Assembly (NCBI GenBank): GCA_964474995.1
Contig: CAYYUY010000006.1
Location: forward strand, 1-58,443
DNA: 58,443 bases
Source of the DNA: an uncultured Candidatus Saccharibacteria bacterium
GTDB taxonomy: Bacteria; Patescibacteriota; Saccharimonadia; Saccharimonadales; JALRHH01
Direction of reading: 5' to 3'
Under the pieces are notes generated by a model, which saw nothing but the letters and a program-made list of their open reading frames with translations, searched no databases and was not told the DNA's origin. Positions 39,319 through 50,821 of the stretch are shown here, one piece after another; position 1 is the stretch's first letter, and the number at the start of each line of letters is the position of its first letter. Both the position numbers and the translations under genes were made by a program.

Positions 39319-40758
39319 ATGACTACCAGTTTTTTTTATTACGACCTCGAGACGACAGGTATCAACCCACGGGATGCCCGAATTATGCAGTTTGCCGGTC
39401 AACGGACTGATATGAACATGAATCCAATTGGTGACCCGGTAAATATTCTCATCAAAATCACTGATGAAGTTGTGCCCGAGCCTGATGCGATTATGATTAC
39501 CGGTATCACGCCGCAAGCAACAATTGCCGACGGTATTACAGAGGCTGAGTTTTTGAAGTTATTTTATGATGAGATTGCGACACCTGGAACAACCTTTGTT
39601 GGTTACAACTCGGTACGATTTGACGATGAGTTTATGCGGTATCTCAATTACCGAAATTTCTATGATGCCTACGAGTGGCAGTACCAAGATGGCAAATCCA
39701 GATGGGATCTACTCGATGTTGTGCGGATGACCCGCGCACTTCGTCCAGATGGCATAGAATGGCCAGTTGATGATAAAGGTCAGCCGACCAACCGACTGGA
39801 GCTGCTTACGGTTGCGAATGGTATCGAACACACCAGCGCTCATGATGCGCTCAGTGATGTCTATGCGGTCATTGCCATCGCCAAGCTGATTCAGACTAAA
39901 CAACCCAAACTGTTTAGCTATCTTTTAAAAATGCGTGGCAAAAAAGAAGTTGACCAGCTTGTGGGTGGTGGTGAGCCGTTTCTGTATAGTTCAGGTAAAT
40001 ATGCTAGTGAATTCCAAAAGACGAGCCCAGTTGTGGCTGTCGCCAAACATCCAAAACGACAAGGAAGCCTGGTGTTTGATCTTCGGAATGATCCAGACGA
40101 GTTCATGAAGTTAACAGTACCTGAACTTGTTGAGGCATGGCGTCGTCGCCGAGACGAGCCAGGGTTACGGCTGCCAGTCAAAACGCTTCAATACAACAAA
40201 TGCCCAGCCGTAGCACCGCTTGGTGTGCTTGACGCAGATAGTGCGAAAAGGTTACAGATTGATCTCGAGAATGTCCAAAAGAACCTTACTAAGTTGCGAG
40301 TAGCTAATTTTGGACCAAAGCTACTAGAAGCACTTGATGTTCTCGAAAAGACACAAGAACTCAAGTACATCAATGAAGAAAAAGAAGTTGATGCACAATT
40401 GTATGATGGATTTTTTGGTGATCAAGATCGTACTAAGATGCGCGTAGTACGTGTGGCGGATGCAAGTGGTCTGGCTGATTTAGATATGACCTTCAAAGAT
40501 GGACGGCTCAAACAGCTATTGCCGCTGTATAAAGCACGAAACTTCCGTAATTCACTTAGTGCTGAAGAGCGGGCGGCTTGGGAAAAATTCCGTGAAGACA
40601 GACTGCTTGGCGGCAAAGATACCAGTCGACTTGCCAAGTTTTTTAATCGACTTGCCGAGCTTGCCAAAGAACCCGATCTATCAGCTGATAAGCGCTTTTT
40701 ACTTGAGGAATTACAGCTTTACGGTCAAAGCATTATGCCCGTAATTGACGAAGCCTAG
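39319..40758 (+). CDS. sbcB: Exodeoxyribonuclease I
   Basis: DEDDh motifs YDLETTG, YNSVRFDDEF and HDALSDV, plus the long ExoI-type C-terminal domains (479 aa). Confidence 0.85.
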   Translation: MTTSFFYYDLETTGINPRDARIMQFAGQRTDMNMNPIGDPVNILIKITDEVVPEPDAIMITGITPQATIADGITEAEFLKLFYDEIATPGTTFVGYNSVRFDDEFMRYLNYRNFYDAYEWQYQDGKSRWDLLDVVRMTRALRPDGIEWPVDDKGQPTNRLELLTVANGIEHTSAHDALSDVYAVIAIAKLIQTKQPKLFSYLLKMRGKKEVDQLVGGGEPFLYSSGKYASEFQKTSPVVAVAKHPKRQGSLVFDLRNDPDEFMKLTVPELVEAWRRRRDEPGLRLPVKTLQYNKCPAVAPLGVLDADSAKRLQIDLENVQKNLTKLRVANFGPKLLEALDVLEKTQELKYINEEKEVDAQLYDGFFGDQDRTKMRVVRVADASGLADLDMTFKDGRLKQLLPLYKARNFRNSLSAEERAAWEKFREDRLLGGKDTSRLAKFFNRLAELAKEPDLSADKRFLLEELQLYGQSIMPVIDEA

Positions 40759-40928
40759 AAGTCGGGGCTAATGGTTGGCAGCATAGGCTGTTCAGGGTGT
40801 TTGAGACGAATATCAAGCGACCAGAAGAACCAGCTAGCTAGTATCACGCAGACGACAACGGCAAAGCCACCGAATGTGATTTGAATATTAGTGAAGGGGA
40901 TGTACCCCGCAATGATGATTTGCTCCAT
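40755..40928 (-). CDS. Small membrane protein (57 aa); below the ORF-track length cut-off
   Basis: ATG 7 nt after GAGGT. One TM helix (ITFGGFAVVVCVILASWFFW). Confidence 0.4.
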   Translation of the reverse strand: MEQIIIAGYIPFTNIQITFGGFAVVVCVILASWFFWSLDIRLKHPEQPMLPTISPDF

Positions 40929-40999
40929 AGTAGAAACCTCAATGAATTTGAGCTAATTATACATAAAGTTGCAAATAAAGCAACTAAGTTGTATGAAGC

Positions 41000-41413
41000 T
41001 TACGCTTTACGGGAGAGCTTGGATTTGATGCGCTGGTAACGCTTCCGGTTACCGAGGAACAGCACAAGTCCAGTGATGACGAGCGATATGGCAACGGTCT
41101 TGGTGAGACTGCGAGTGGCAAGGACTAAAATAAGTACCGCTGCGGTTATAAACAGGATTCCAATAAGATCAACGAGCCATTTTACATGTGGGCTATCGCC
41201 GAATATCTTATCGCCAAGTAATTGGCCTTTGGCGCGGACGCGTTCAAGTAATCGCTCGGCCCATTCGTGATTTGTCGCGAGTAAACTGAGGCCAAGAATA
41301 AGTACGGGAATGCCGCCAGGACCCGGGAGCCAACCGATAGGTATGGCAGCTAAAATCAACAAAAATCCGAGTACATCGATGGCAATCCGTTTGAATAATG
41401 GTCGTTGTTTCAC
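41000..41413 (-). CDS. PGPGW-family small membrane protein
   Basis: WLPGPGGIPVLILGL motif and 4 hydrophobic segments. Confidence 0.7.
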   Translation of the reverse strand: MKQRPLFKRIAIDVLGFLLILAAIPIGWLPGPGGIPVLILGLSLLATNHEWAERLLERVRAKGQLLGDKIFGDSPHVKWLVDLIGILFITAAVLILVLATRSLTKTVAISLVITGLVLFLGNRKRYQRIKSKLSRKA

Positions 41414-41613
41414 AGCTGTAGTATACAGTTTCTGTCTATGAGTGCAGAATGTGGGTAACTTATTGCATTCCGCTTATGGGGGGCGTACACTTCGGTTATA
41501 GCAGAGGGCTATAAAAGCAAACATTGTGGTGGAGAAACATTGGGGCGATATGCGGTCTATTGTTTTGAATTATAGAGTTACTATAGCTGGCCAAGAATGG
41601 CAGGGGGTTTACG

Positions 41614-42321
41614 GTGCTTACTAAGCCGTACCTCGTACCCAAAGCGCCCCAGAAGTCACCGTCAGTCCACTATGAATGCCACATCGCACGAAGCGTTGAG
41701 CCGAATCAGTCAGAATTTGTGCACGCCCTCCAGGTACTAGAACAAAACACTGCCGACTTTGTGCAGTATCAACCCATCGGCCGTCTCGGTGTAAGGCTGG
41801 TGATGCTCGAATCGGCACTCAAGCAAATCATCGGCGTCGATAAAAAAGGTATTATTACCGAAGCCGCCCGCCGTGACTTTGAAACCGAACTAAATCAAAA
41901 TCTCGCTCGCCATCCACATGGCGAGTTTTTGATTGCGGATCCGCGTGAGCCATTTGTACTGCAAGGCAGGGATGATCAAGAGTTGGCAATTCAACTTGCT
42001 AAGGATGATTATCGTTTGCACGGTGATAGGGCCGTTGCCGAGGAGTATATTCGCGACACATATCCCGGCATTAGCGCTGGCAGAGAAAACGTGGTGCGGA
42101 TGGAAGCACGAGTTGCGATTGGCGAAGTGCAGCCTCAATATCTCAGTCCTGATGATCGTGGGTTACTTGCAGAAAACCCATCTGATTTTATGCTCAATAC
42201 GGTAATGGAACGACAACGCTCAGATGCAGATATGTTTGGGCTTTCGGGTGGTGTTGACCCGGTTGTATTTCCTGACGCAATAATACTTGGAGGTTTACAT
42301 GTTGTTTGTCAAAAATCATAA
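41614..42321 (+). CDS. Hypothetical protein (235 aa)
   Basis: GTG start after AGGGGG. Soluble, no recognisable motif. Confidence 0.6.
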   Translation: MLTKPYLVPKAPQKSPSVHYECHIARSVEPNQSEFVHALQVLEQNTADFVQYQPIGRLGVRLVMLESALKQIIGVDKKGIITEAARRDFETELNQNLARHPHGEFLIADPREPFVLQGRDDQELAIQLAKDDYRLHGDRAVAEEYIRDTYPGISAGRENVVRMEARVAIGEVQPQYLSPDDRGLLAENPSDFMLNTVMERQRSDADMFGLSGGVDPVVFPDAIILGGLHVVCQKS

Positions 42322-42342
42322 AACGAGTAGAGTGGTAGGATT

Positions 42343-43071
42343 ATGAGATCAGGCCGTATACGAGGTGATTTAATCTGCAACAAGGAAGACAGACCGAGCT
42401 ATAAAAGGCGCGTTGGCAAGGAAGTCTTTGGTATTTATCGCCCACTGACTGATGAAAGCGAATCAGAAATTCGTGAAGTATTACGCGGGGCTCAGAAAGA
42501 TATTACTGGGTTCTTGGGCCAAACACGAAAAGAGTCAGCGGAAGTTATGATTGCCGATGATATGGGCGTAACATTCGTGCAGCGTACGCACGTACGACGA
42601 GCGCTTAATTTGGGGCTTGTGGCCCGTGGATTTGAGCTCGGGCGTCTTGTGGAACGATTTGAACACCAACGAGATACACAGCCAGATTCACTCGAAGTGC
42701 CATTTGGTGATTTTGCATGGTTTGGCAACCGCTGGAGCGGTGGGCGGTATGCTGGCCGCAAGCTCGTGGGTCGGCTGGCAGTCTCTGAAGCTACCAGTAC
42801 ACTCATGGATCAATCCGAGCTTGTAGAGGATGTACTCGGTGCCGTGCATGCAGCAGAACTGAATGTAGAACGTCCAGACCATGTAAGCTTTCTTCGCTAT
42901 GGTAGGAGCGGTGATTTACTCGACCTTGGTGCGGCACATCGAAATGGAGTACTTGATATCGTTGAAGATCACTTTAGGGCTGCGGGCGTGACGACGCTGA
43001 CGCTCGGAGAATTGGTCGTTGGCAATAGCTATAGTCAGCCATTTGTTCCTGCAAATGGCATCCCACACTAG
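42343..43071 (+). CDS. Hypothetical protein (242 aa)
   Basis: ORF. C-terminal half loosely resembles a 2H-phosphoesterase half-site (RPDHVSFLRY). Unverified. Confidence 0.6.
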   Translation: MRSGRIRGDLICNKEDRPSYKRRVGKEVFGIYRPLTDESESEIREVLRGAQKDITGFLGQTRKESAEVMIADDMGVTFVQRTHVRRALNLGLVARGFELGRLVERFEHQRDTQPDSLEVPFGDFAWFGNRWSGGRYAGRKLVGRLAVSEATSTLMDQSELVEDVLGAVHAAELNVERPDHVSFLRYGRSGDLLDLGAAHRNGVLDIVEDHFRAAGVTTLTLGELVVGNSYSQPFVPANGIPH

Positions 43072-43108
43072 AAAAATACTCTGTTATCGGGTATACTAGT
43101 GCAGCTTT

Positions 43109-45919
43109 ATGAGTGAGAATATTGTCGTACAGGGTGCCCGGGAGCACAACCTAAAAAACATCAATGTGACGCTGCCGCGGAACAAGCTGGTGGTCATCAC
43201 TGGCCTCAGTGGTTCTGGCAAATCGTCGCTAGCCTTTGACACTATCTATGCCGAAGGTCAGCGTCGCTATGTCGAATCCCTGAGCTCATATGCTCGTCAG
43301 TTCCTGGGACTTATGGAGAAGCCTGATGTTGATCAGATCGATGGCCTTTCTCCGGCAATTAGCATCGATCAAAAATCAACCAGCCGTAACCCACGATCAA
43401 CTGTTGCAACGGTAACCGAGATTTATGACTACCTCCGTCTATTGTTTGCTCGTATCGGCACGCCGCATTGTCCTGTTTGTGGCAAACCAGTGACGCGTCA
43501 GACTACTCAGGCGATTGTTGACCAAGTTGCAAGTCATGGAGCAGGCACTCGCTTGATGATTTTGGCACCGATTGTCATCGACAAAAAGGGCGCATTCGAA
43601 CACGTGCCCGAACAGTACTTGCGTGCTGGGTTTGCTCGTGTACGTGTTGATGGCGTCGTCTATTCACTCGATGAATTCCCCGAGCTCGATAAAAACTACA
43701 AACACACTATCGACGTTGTGGTTGACCGTTTGGTTAACGACGAAGCCAGCCTTGGCCGCCTGAGCCAGAGTATTGAACAAGCACTGGAAATTGCTGATGG
43801 CAAATTGAAAGTTGTTAACGCTGATGATGAAGCAGAGCACGCCTACAGTTTGCGGTACGCATGTATTGATCACCCTGATGTGGTAATTCCTGAGCTCGAA
43901 CCACGAACCTTTAGTTTCAACAGCCCACATGGTGCGTGTCCGGTCTGTACGGGCCTCGGTTCGCGGCTTGAGGTTGATCCTGAGTTGGTGATACCTAATG
44001 GTCGCCTGACAATTGCTGAGGGGGCTATTCGTCCGTTCAATCGTATCAATGCTGACGCCTGGTATACCAAGAAGATGCAAGCCGTAGCTGAAAAGTACGG
44101 CTTTAGCTTGCAGGTCCCAACCGCACAGCTCAAACCAGAAGACCTAAATCGTATTCTGTATGGAACTGGCAACGATGTGTATAGCGTCAATCTTGGCTCT
44201 GGCCGTGCATTTGATACCACTTACGAAGGTGTGATTCCGAACCTCGAACGACGTCACAAGGAAACCGAAAGTGACTTCATGCGTCGTGATATTGAGCGTT
44301 TCATGCGAGAGCGTCCTTGCAATACTTGTAATGGTCGTCGTTTGAAGCCAGAGGTGCTGGCGATTACGGTCAACGACTTTTCTATCATGGATATTTGTGA
44401 ACTTTCGATTACTGAGGCTATCGACTATTTCAACAAGCTCGACCTTAACGCCAAAGATACCAAAATTGCCGTGCAGGTTATCAAAGAAGTATCTGCTCGT
44501 CTGAAATTCATGGATGATGTTGGTCTGAGCTACCTGAACTTGCTCCGTAGTGCGGTGACATTATCTGGTGGTGAGGCACAGCGTATTCGCTTGGCGACAC
44601 AAATTGGTTCTGGCTTGCAGGGTGTGTTATATGTGCTGGACGAGCCAAGCATTGGTTTGCATCAGCGCGACAATGAACGTCTGATTGCAACACTCAAGCA
44701 CCTTCGTGACCTTGGTAACACCGTTCTAGTGGTTGAACACGACGAAGATACGATTCGCACGGCGGACTACCTGGTAGATATTGGTCCAGGTGCTGGTGTA
44801 CACGGTGGTGAAATTATTGCCGAAGGTACACCTGATGAAGTTGCGTATAATCCAAAGAGTATTACCGGGCAATACCTACTTGGTAAAAAGGAAATCCCGA
44901 CACCAAAGAAGCGTCGTAAGGGTAATGGCAAATCGCTCGTCATCAAAGGTGCCAAGGAAAACAACCTCAAGAATGTAACCGTAGAAATTCCACTGGGTGA
45001 GCTCGTTGTCGTGAGTGGTGTATCTGGCTCTGGCAAATCAAGTCTGATCAACGACATTCTTGCCAAGGAACTATCTGCTCGCCTGATGCGTAGTAGTTCA
45101 GTTCCTGGTAGGCATGATGACATCGAGGGTATTGAACATCTCGACAAGGCAGTGATCATTGATCAGTCACCAATTGGCCGTACGCCACGGTCTAACCCGG
45201 CAACGTACACAGGACTATTTACGCCAATTCGTGAACTGTTTGCATCAACTCCTGAAGCCAAACTTCGTGGTTATAACCCTGGTCGTTTCAGTTTCAACGT
45301 CAAGGGCGGACGCTGTGAAAACTGTGCAGGTGATGGCATTATAAAAATTGAAATGCACTTTTTGCCAGACGTCTACGTACCGTGTGAAGTTTGTCACGGC
45401 AAACGCTACAACCGCGAAGCACTCGAGATTCATTTCAAGGGCAAGACGATTAGTGATGTACTCGAAATGACGACTGAAGATGCACTTACTTTCTTTGAAA
45501 ACATCCCAGGCATTGCCCGTAAACTGCAGACGATGGTTGAAGTCGGTCTGGGCTATATCAAGCTTGGCCAGCCAGCCACAACACTATCTGGTGGTGAGGC
45601 ACAGCGCATCAAACTTGCCACCGAGCTTTCTCGACGACCAACTGGCCGTACGTTGTATATCCTTGACGAACCAACTACCGGGCTCCACATGGAAGATGTC
45701 AACAAATTATTGGGTGTATTGCACGCACTTGTTGATACAGGCAATAGTATGGTCGTGATCGAACACAACCTGGATGTTATCAAGAACGCTGACTGGATTA
45801 TCGATATGGGACCCGAAGGCGGCGCTAAGGGCGGTTACGTGATTGCCGAGGGTACGCCAGAACACATTGCAAAATCCAAAGAGTCCTCCACTGGTCATTT
45901 CCTAAAACGGATGCTATGA
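43109..45919 (+). CDS. uvrA: Excinuclease ABC subunit A
   Basis: Two ABC modules (GLSGSGKSS and GVSGSGKSS), two LSGGEAQRI signatures, zinc-finger Cys clusters. Confidence 0.95.
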   Translation: MSENIVVQGAREHNLKNINVTLPRNKLVVITGLSGSGKSSLAFDTIYAEGQRRYVESLSSYARQFLGLMEKPDVDQIDGLSPAISIDQKSTSRNPRSTVATVTEIYDYLRLLFARIGTPHCPVCGKPVTRQTTQAIVDQVASHGAGTRLMILAPIVIDKKGAFEHVPEQYLRAGFARVRVDGVVYSLDEFPELDKNYKHTIDVVVDRLVNDEASLGRLSQSIEQALEIADGKLKVVNADDEAEHAYSLRYACIDHPDVVIPELEPRTFSFNSPHGACPVCTGLGSRLEVDPELVIPNGRLTIAEGAIRPFNRINADAWYTKKMQAVAEKYGFSLQVPTAQLKPEDLNRILYGTGNDVYSVNLGSGRAFDTTYEGVIPNLERRHKETESDFMRRDIERFMRERPCNTCNGRRLKPEVLAITVNDFSIMDICELSITEAIDYFNKLDLNAKDTKIAVQVIKEVSARLKFMDDVGLSYLNLLRSAVTLSGGEAQRIRLATQIGSGLQGVLYVLDEPSIGLHQRDNERLIATLKHLRDLGNTVLVVEHDEDTIRTADYLVDIGPGAGVHGGEIIAEGTPDEVAYNPKSITGQYLLGKKEIPTPKKRRKGNGKSLVIKGAKENNLKNVTVEIPLGELVVVSGVSGSGKSSLINDILAKELSARLMRSSSVPGRHDDIEGIEHLDKAVIIDQSPIGRTPRSNPATYTGLFTPIRELFASTPEAKLRGYNPGRFSFNVKGGRCENCAGDGIIKIEMHFLPDVYVPCEVCHGKRYNREALEIHFKGKTISDVLEMTTEDALTFFENIPGIARKLQTMVEVGLGYIKLGQPATTLSGGEAQRIKLATELSRRPTGRTLYILDEPTTGLHMEDVNKLLGVLHALVDTGNSMVVIEHNLDVIKNADWIIDMGPEGGAKGGYVIAEGTPEHIAKSKESSTGHFLKRML

Positions 45920-46464
45920 ACAGTCCAGGCACCAACATCCATTTGGGTGGGGGTATAGATTCACGTGTCAATGTATCAGGCATGGCATATGAGACATATG
46001 TTTGGCTTGGGCATAGTGTATTTCATCCTGATTCGTATCGTGAAGTGCTCGAAGTGTTTCATGATGAACCAGCCGATATTGTAAGCGAGTATGAACGGTG
46101 GACTGAGAAAATGCGCTATGACCCAGCATATTTCGTGGGTCGGCTTGAGTTTATCTTGTACGCGGCTCGTCAAGAGATTGGTACTGCAAACCGACCGGTT
46201 TCAGAATCTGGGGCTGTAAATAGAACACAGCAATACTTGCTAGGGCAGGTCGGAGTATTTGGTATGCGGCTGGCGCAGAAAGCTGAATATATTTCGAAAG
46301 ATCCAACTATCAAAACGCTTGAGAACCCATTCAAAAATCACGACCTGTTAGAGGCACTGTGGCTTCACCAATCCGATCGACGGCTAAAAGCCGAACTACA
46401 CAAGCTTGGAACTATGCCAACACTGTTGCCTGGCTACTGGCAGCGCAAGACAACAAATAAATAA
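45916..46464 (+). CDS. Hypothetical protein (182 aa) coupled to uvrA
   Basis: ATGA overlap with the uvrA stop. Confidence 0.6.
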   Translation: MNSPGTNIHLGGGIDSRVNVSGMAYETYVWLGHSVFHPDSYREVLEVFHDEPADIVSEYERWTEKMRYDPAYFVGRLEFILYAARQEIGTANRPVSESGAVNRTQQYLLGQVGVFGMRLAQKAEYISKDPTIKTLENPFKNHDLLEALWLHQSDRRLKAELHKLGTMPTLLPGYWQRKTTNK

Positions 46465-46466
46465 TA

Positions 46467-47099
46467 TTATCTACGAAACGGCTGTTTGATCTTTTGGATC
46501 AGTGCCGCGCGGATTTTTTGATCACTGAGAATGTGGTACAGCGTTGGTCCAAAGCTAAAGACGGTTGCCGCCAAAACAACCGGCAAAATATATTGATCAA
46601 TGTTATGGACATGCTCACCGAGTTTGTAGCCGAGGAGTGTTATGGCGCTGACCCAAATAGCACCACCAATTATGTTATAGAGCCAGAAGGTCTTGAGCGG
46701 CATCTTGGCAACACCGGCCAGAACGGGTGCAATAGTGCGTACGATTGGGACAAATCGTGCAAACATGGTGGCTTTACCACCATGTTTGTTGAAAAATATC
46801 TCTGCGCGTTCGACGTATTCATGACGAAAGAACAAGCCATCTTTCTTGAAGAGACGCGGACCAAGATGCTGGCCAATCTTGTAGCCAACGTAGTACCCAA
46901 GGATGGCGGCAGTGATCAAACAGACGAGCAGTATAGGCAAAGATAATTTACCCTGAGATGCAAAAAACCCAGCCGCAAAAAGCAGTGTGTCACCAGGAAG
47001 GAAGAAACCAACTAATAACCCTGATTCGCTGAAAATAATGGCTGTAATGAGCAGTAAACCACCGGTAGAAATAATCTGTGCTGGATCAAGCATACTCAT
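46467..47099 (-). CDS. DedA-family membrane protein
   Basis: FLPGDTLLFAAGFFA and FARFVPIVRT motifs. Confidence 0.85.
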   Translation of the reverse strand: MSMLDPAQIISTGGLLLITAIIFSESGLLVGFFLPGDTLLFAAGFFASQGKLSLPILLVCLITAAILGYYVGYKIGQHLGPRLFKKDGLFFRHEYVERAEIFFNKHGGKATMFARFVPIVRTIAPVLAGVAKMPLKTFWLYNIIGGAIWVSAITLLGYKLGEHVHNIDQYILPVVLAATVFSFGPTLYHILSDQKIRAALIQKIKQPFRR

Positions 47100-47185
47100 A
47101 GGGTAGCTGGTTTACTGTCATCGGTCCACACCAGTTTGCTATAATAGGTAGGTACAGAGCCAACTTATACCGAAGGGGACGTGAA

Positions 47186-47857
47186 ATGACGAGTCAGGAA
47201 ATATCTTTGACACTAGAAGAACGAACAGTAATCGGTAAGGGCCTCACCCACTTACGCGGCAGCGGTCGAGTACCAGCCGTTATTCATGATCATGGTAAGG
47301 CCTCAATCCATGTATCTGGTGACTTCATTGCAATTAGTAAGGCTTTTGCGAGCGCGGGCAAGCACCACCCAGTTGATTTAACTGTTGGTGGCAAGAAGCA
47401 TCTCACGCTTATTAAGGATGTTGATTTTGAGCCAAAGAAGCACACGGTTCGACACGTAGTCTTCCAGGCGATCAAGCAAAACGAAAAAGTAACCGCAGAA
47501 ATTCCTGTTGTGTTAGTGGGTGAAGTTCCAGCTGAGAAGCTCAGCCTGCTTGTGTTGCAGCAGATCGATGTCGTAGAAGTTGAAGCACTGCCACGTGATT
47601 TGCCTGATCAGCTTGAAGCCGATGCAACCACACTTGCGCAGGTAGGCGACAAGCTACATGTATCAGACCTCAAGGCGCCAAGTGGTGTGACAATTTTAAC
47701 TGATGCAGAAGCACAGATTGCATTTGTTGAAATGCCAAAAGACCAAATCGCAGAAGCTGATGCGTCAGCTGCTGACCTAGCTGCTGATGCTGGTACTCCT
47801 GAGATTGAAGAATCTACTGATGCTGAAGCTCCAAAGGCTAAGGACGAAGAAGAGTAG
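47186..47857 (+). CDS. rplY: Ribosomal protein bL25 (Ctc form)
   Basis: RGSGRVPAVIHDHGK N-terminal domain and acidic C-terminal extension. Confidence 0.85.
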   Translation: MTSQEISLTLEERTVIGKGLTHLRGSGRVPAVIHDHGKASIHVSGDFIAISKAFASAGKHHPVDLTVGGKKHLTLIKDVDFEPKKHTVRHVVFQAIKQNEKVTAEIPVVLVGEVPAEKLSLLVLQQIDVVEVEALPRDLPDQLEADATTLAQVGDKLHVSDLKAPSGVTILTDAEAQIAFVEMPKDQIAEADASAADLAADAGTPEIEESTDAEAPKAKDEEE

Positions 47858-47876
47858 ACTTTCTCTTACATACATA

Positions 47877-47908
47877 TAAAAAACGGCTCTATCACGAGCC
47901 GTTTTTTT
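47877..47908. terminator. Bidirectional terminator between rplY and the convergent ABC gene
   Basis: AAAAAAA-CGGCTC-tatcac-GAGCCG-TTTTTTT. Confidence 0.75.
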
Positions 47909-49664
47909 ATTCTTCCATGAATCCACCGGATTGCTTGGTCCACAGTCTGGCGTAGGCACCATTTTGGCGAATTAATTCGCTGTGGCTGCCTTCTTCGATA
48001 ATGGATCCATCATGCATAACGATGATGCGGTCCATTTTTTGAATAGTGCTGAGACGGTGGGCGATCACAATTGCCGTGCGACCCTCCATAAGTGTCCATA
48101 GCGCGTCCTGGATAAGCTCCTCGCTTTCACTATCAAGTGCGCTGGTAGCTTCGTCGAGCAAAAGAATTGGCGCGTTCTTGATCATTGCTCGTGCAATGGC
48201 CACACGTTGGCGCTGTCCGCCAGATAGTTTTACGCCACGCTCACCAACCATTGTTTTGTACTTTTCTGGGAGCTTCTCAATAAATTCTGCTGCGTTCGCC
48301 ATTTTTGCGATATTTTTGACGATCTTTGCGGTCGCAGTTGGTTCGCCATATCGGATGTTCTCAAGGATGCTACGGTGAAAGAGTAACGGCTCCTGAGGGA
48401 CATAAGAAATATGCGACCGTAGCTCAGCCTGCGTAATTGCGGTGATATTTTGGCCGTCAATTTGGATACTGCCTGATCGAATATCGTTGAAGCGCATAAG
48501 GAGTGTTGTGAGGGTGGTTTTGCCTGAACCGGAATGACCAACCAGGCCAACTTTTTCGCCTGGTTTGATACGAATGTTGAGGCTATTGAACAGTGGCTTC
48601 TGTCCATCATGTGCAAAGGTGACGTTATCGAAGACGATGCCACCGCGAACGATTCGCGACTTTTCTGGGCGTTCAGGATCCTTAATCTCTGGTTCAAGAT
48701 CAAGAATCTCAACCATATCGTATGAGTCACCCATGATGCGGTTGAAGTTACGCCCGACGTTGTTCATTTCCCATAATTGGCGCGTGACGGTAAAGGTATA
48801 GGCAATACATAGATAGACAACACCAGCGTTAATTACGTGTTGCTGAACGGCGATGAGCGACATGATAATCGCGAGGCTGTTGAGCGTTGCGATGAGGGTT
48901 GAATATCCAGCGCTGAGCCCCAAGAAGCTACGCATAGTATCAAGTGCTCGACCGCGCCAAACAGATAACTTTTCGTTGTAACCTGCAAGCTCATCGTCTT
49001 CACGGGCGTAGCTTTTGACGGCCAGCATGTTGGTAACGACGTCTGCCAGGCGACCGGTCAGTGCCGTACTTGCTTGTGATTCCAGTACGTTACGCTTTGA
49101 CATGCGCTTGGTACCATAGATGACGAATACTAAGAAGATCAAACAGACAACCAGCAACGCAACTGCATATTGCCAGAAGATAAACAGCAAGATGCTGACA
49201 GCAGCCACGATGCTGGTAATAATCGGAATTACCTGGAATACCATAGTATCGGTGAAGCGCTCATAGCCCCCAAAGAGCTTTTGGGTCTGTGAGACGATTG
49301 AGCCGCCAAAACGGTTGTTATGAAATGACATACTCTGGTCGGTCAGATTTTTGAAAATCTTGCGCAGCAGGTCACGCTGAGCTGCAGTCTCAACTGTCCA
49401 GGTGCAAAGTAGTACGATACGCCAGCCAAGCACGTCACCGTAAATCTGGGTAGCAATGTAGGCAATCAGTAACGGAAGTGCGTCTGATATGTCAATTGTC
49501 TGGCCGGACTGCAGCAGGCTGAAAAAGTGGGCAATGATGTAGGGTCCAACAAAGGCTCCGGCTATTACCGTGGTAATGGGTAGCAGGAGCATGAGTGTGA
49601 AGCGCACCGGGTATGCTGCACTGAATCGCCAAAAAAGGCGCATAGTTTGCATGTTTTTATTCAT
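47907..49664 (-). CDS. ABC exporter, fused permease and ATPase (MsbA-like)
   Basis: 6-TM domain, Walker A GHSGSGKTT, LSGGQRQRVAIARA, LLLDEATSALD. Start moved to the ATG 8 nt after GGAGG (MNKNMQ...). Confidence 0.9.
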   Translation of the reverse strand: MNKNMQTMRLFWRFSAAYPVRFTLMLLLPITTVIAGAFVGPYIIAHFFSLLQSGQTIDISDALPLLIAYIATQIYGDVLGWRIVLLCTWTVETAAQRDLLRKIFKNLTDQSMSFHNNRFGGSIVSQTQKLFGGYERFTDTMVFQVIPIITSIVAAVSILLFIFWQYAVALLVVCLIFLVFVIYGTKRMSKRNVLESQASTALTGRLADVVTNMLAVKSYAREDDELAGYNEKLSVWRGRALDTMRSFLGLSAGYSTLIATLNSLAIIMSLIAVQQHVINAGVVYLCIAYTFTVTRQLWEMNNVGRNFNRIMGDSYDMVEILDLEPEIKDPERPEKSRIVRGGIVFDNVTFAHDGQKPLFNSLNIRIKPGEKVGLVGHSGSGKTTLTTLLMRFNDIRSGSIQIDGQNITAITQAELRSHISYVPQEPLLFHRSILENIRYGEPTATAKIVKNIAKMANAAEFIEKLPEKYKTMVGERGVKLSGGQRQRVAIARAMIKNAPILLLDEATSALDSESEELIQDALWTLMEGRTAIVIAHRLSTIQKMDRIIVMHDGSIIEEGSHSELIRQNGAYARLWTKQSGGFMEE

Positions 49665-49885
49665 GACACAGCCCTCCAATGAACTGTGCGTGGGGTTAGA
49701 TTATTTTTGTTACTTTAGGTTTAGTGCACCTGGGGACGTCCCAGTTTGGTACAAGTACGTGTGAAGAGTTATAGGGAACGAGCGAACGGTGGAAGCTCGG
49801 TATATAGCTGCATAATCATGTGTCGCCCTTTCCATTAGTTAAAGTAGTATCGACAACTATACCACCCCTGTAATATACTGTCTAG

Positions 49886-50785
49886 GTGCAAAAAATAATC
49901 CTCTACTACAAATTCGCACCACTCAGCGATCCTGAAGCGATTCGTTTGTGGCAGCGTAATCTCTGTGAACGACTCAATCTCAAAGGTCGTATTCTGATAT
50001 CCAAACATGGTATCAATGGTACTGTCGGTGGGGATATTGATGCTGTCAAAGCGTATGTCAAGGAGACAAAAGCCTACCCAGCATTTAAGGGAACTGGCTT
50101 TAAGTGGTCTGACGGGACGGGTAATGATTTTCCGCGTTTGAGCATCAAAGTCCGTGACGAGATTGTTACTTTTGGCGCGCCTGATGAACTTGAAGTTGAT
50201 GAAAAAGGTGTGATAGGTGGTGGTAAGCATCTGAAGCCTGCGCAGGTTCACCAGCTCATAAAAGAGCGCGGTGATGATGTCGTGTTTTTTGATGGCCGCA
50301 ATGCCTATGAGGCAAAAGTGGGTAAGTTCAAGAACGCGATTGTCCCTGACGTGCGAACAACACGTGACTTTGCGGCCGAGCTTGATAGCGGCAAATATGA
50401 TGATATTAAAAACAAACCAATCGTGACGTATTGTACGGGTGGTGTTCGCTGCGAAGTGCTGAGCTCACTCATGAAAAAACGTGGCTTTGGTGAGGTCTAT
50501 CAGATAGACGGCGGCATTGTAAAATACGGTGAAACGTATAAGGATGACGGTTTATGGGAAGGTTCTCTGTACGTCTTTGATGATCGTATGGGTATGAAAT
50601 TTTCTGACAAAGCAGTTGATATCGGTGAATGTATTCACTGTCAGGCAAAGACGAGCAGTTACGAAAATTGCGCCCTCAAGAGCTGTAACGACCTGGTGCT
50701 TATTTGTGATAATTGCAAGCAAGACCCAGCGCTTTTGTACCACACGGATGCCTGTCGTATTCAGGCAGTAGCAGTAGCCGCGTAG
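49886..50785 (+). CDS. trhO: Rhodanese-domain tRNA uridine(34) hydroxylase TrhO (UPF0176/YceA)
   Basis: ILYYKF N-terminus, rhodanese loop [10 protein letters not shown]-terminal Cys cluster. GTG start. Confidence 0.8.
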   Translation: MQKIILYYKFAPLSDPEAIRLWQRNLCERLNLKGRILISKHGINGTVGGDIDAVKAYVKETKAYPAFKGTGFKWSDGTGNDFPRLSIKVRDEIVTFGAPDELEVDEKGVIGGGKHLKPAQVHQLIKERGDDVVFFDGRNAYEAKVGKFKNAIVPDVRTTRDFAAELDSGKYDDIKNKPIVTYCTGGVRCEVLSSLMKKRGFGEVYQIDGGIVKYGETYKDDGLWEGSLYVFDDRMGMKFSDKAVDIGECIHCQAKTSSYENCALKSCNDLVLICDNCKQDPALLYHTDACRIQAVAVAA

Positions 50786-50821
50786 CTCCTACTGCGCTTT
50801 TTGAGCTATCATAGAGTAGTT

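Noticed and set aside
48230-48730. 166-aa alternative minus frame
   Set aside because: Inside the ABC exporter gene in another frame.
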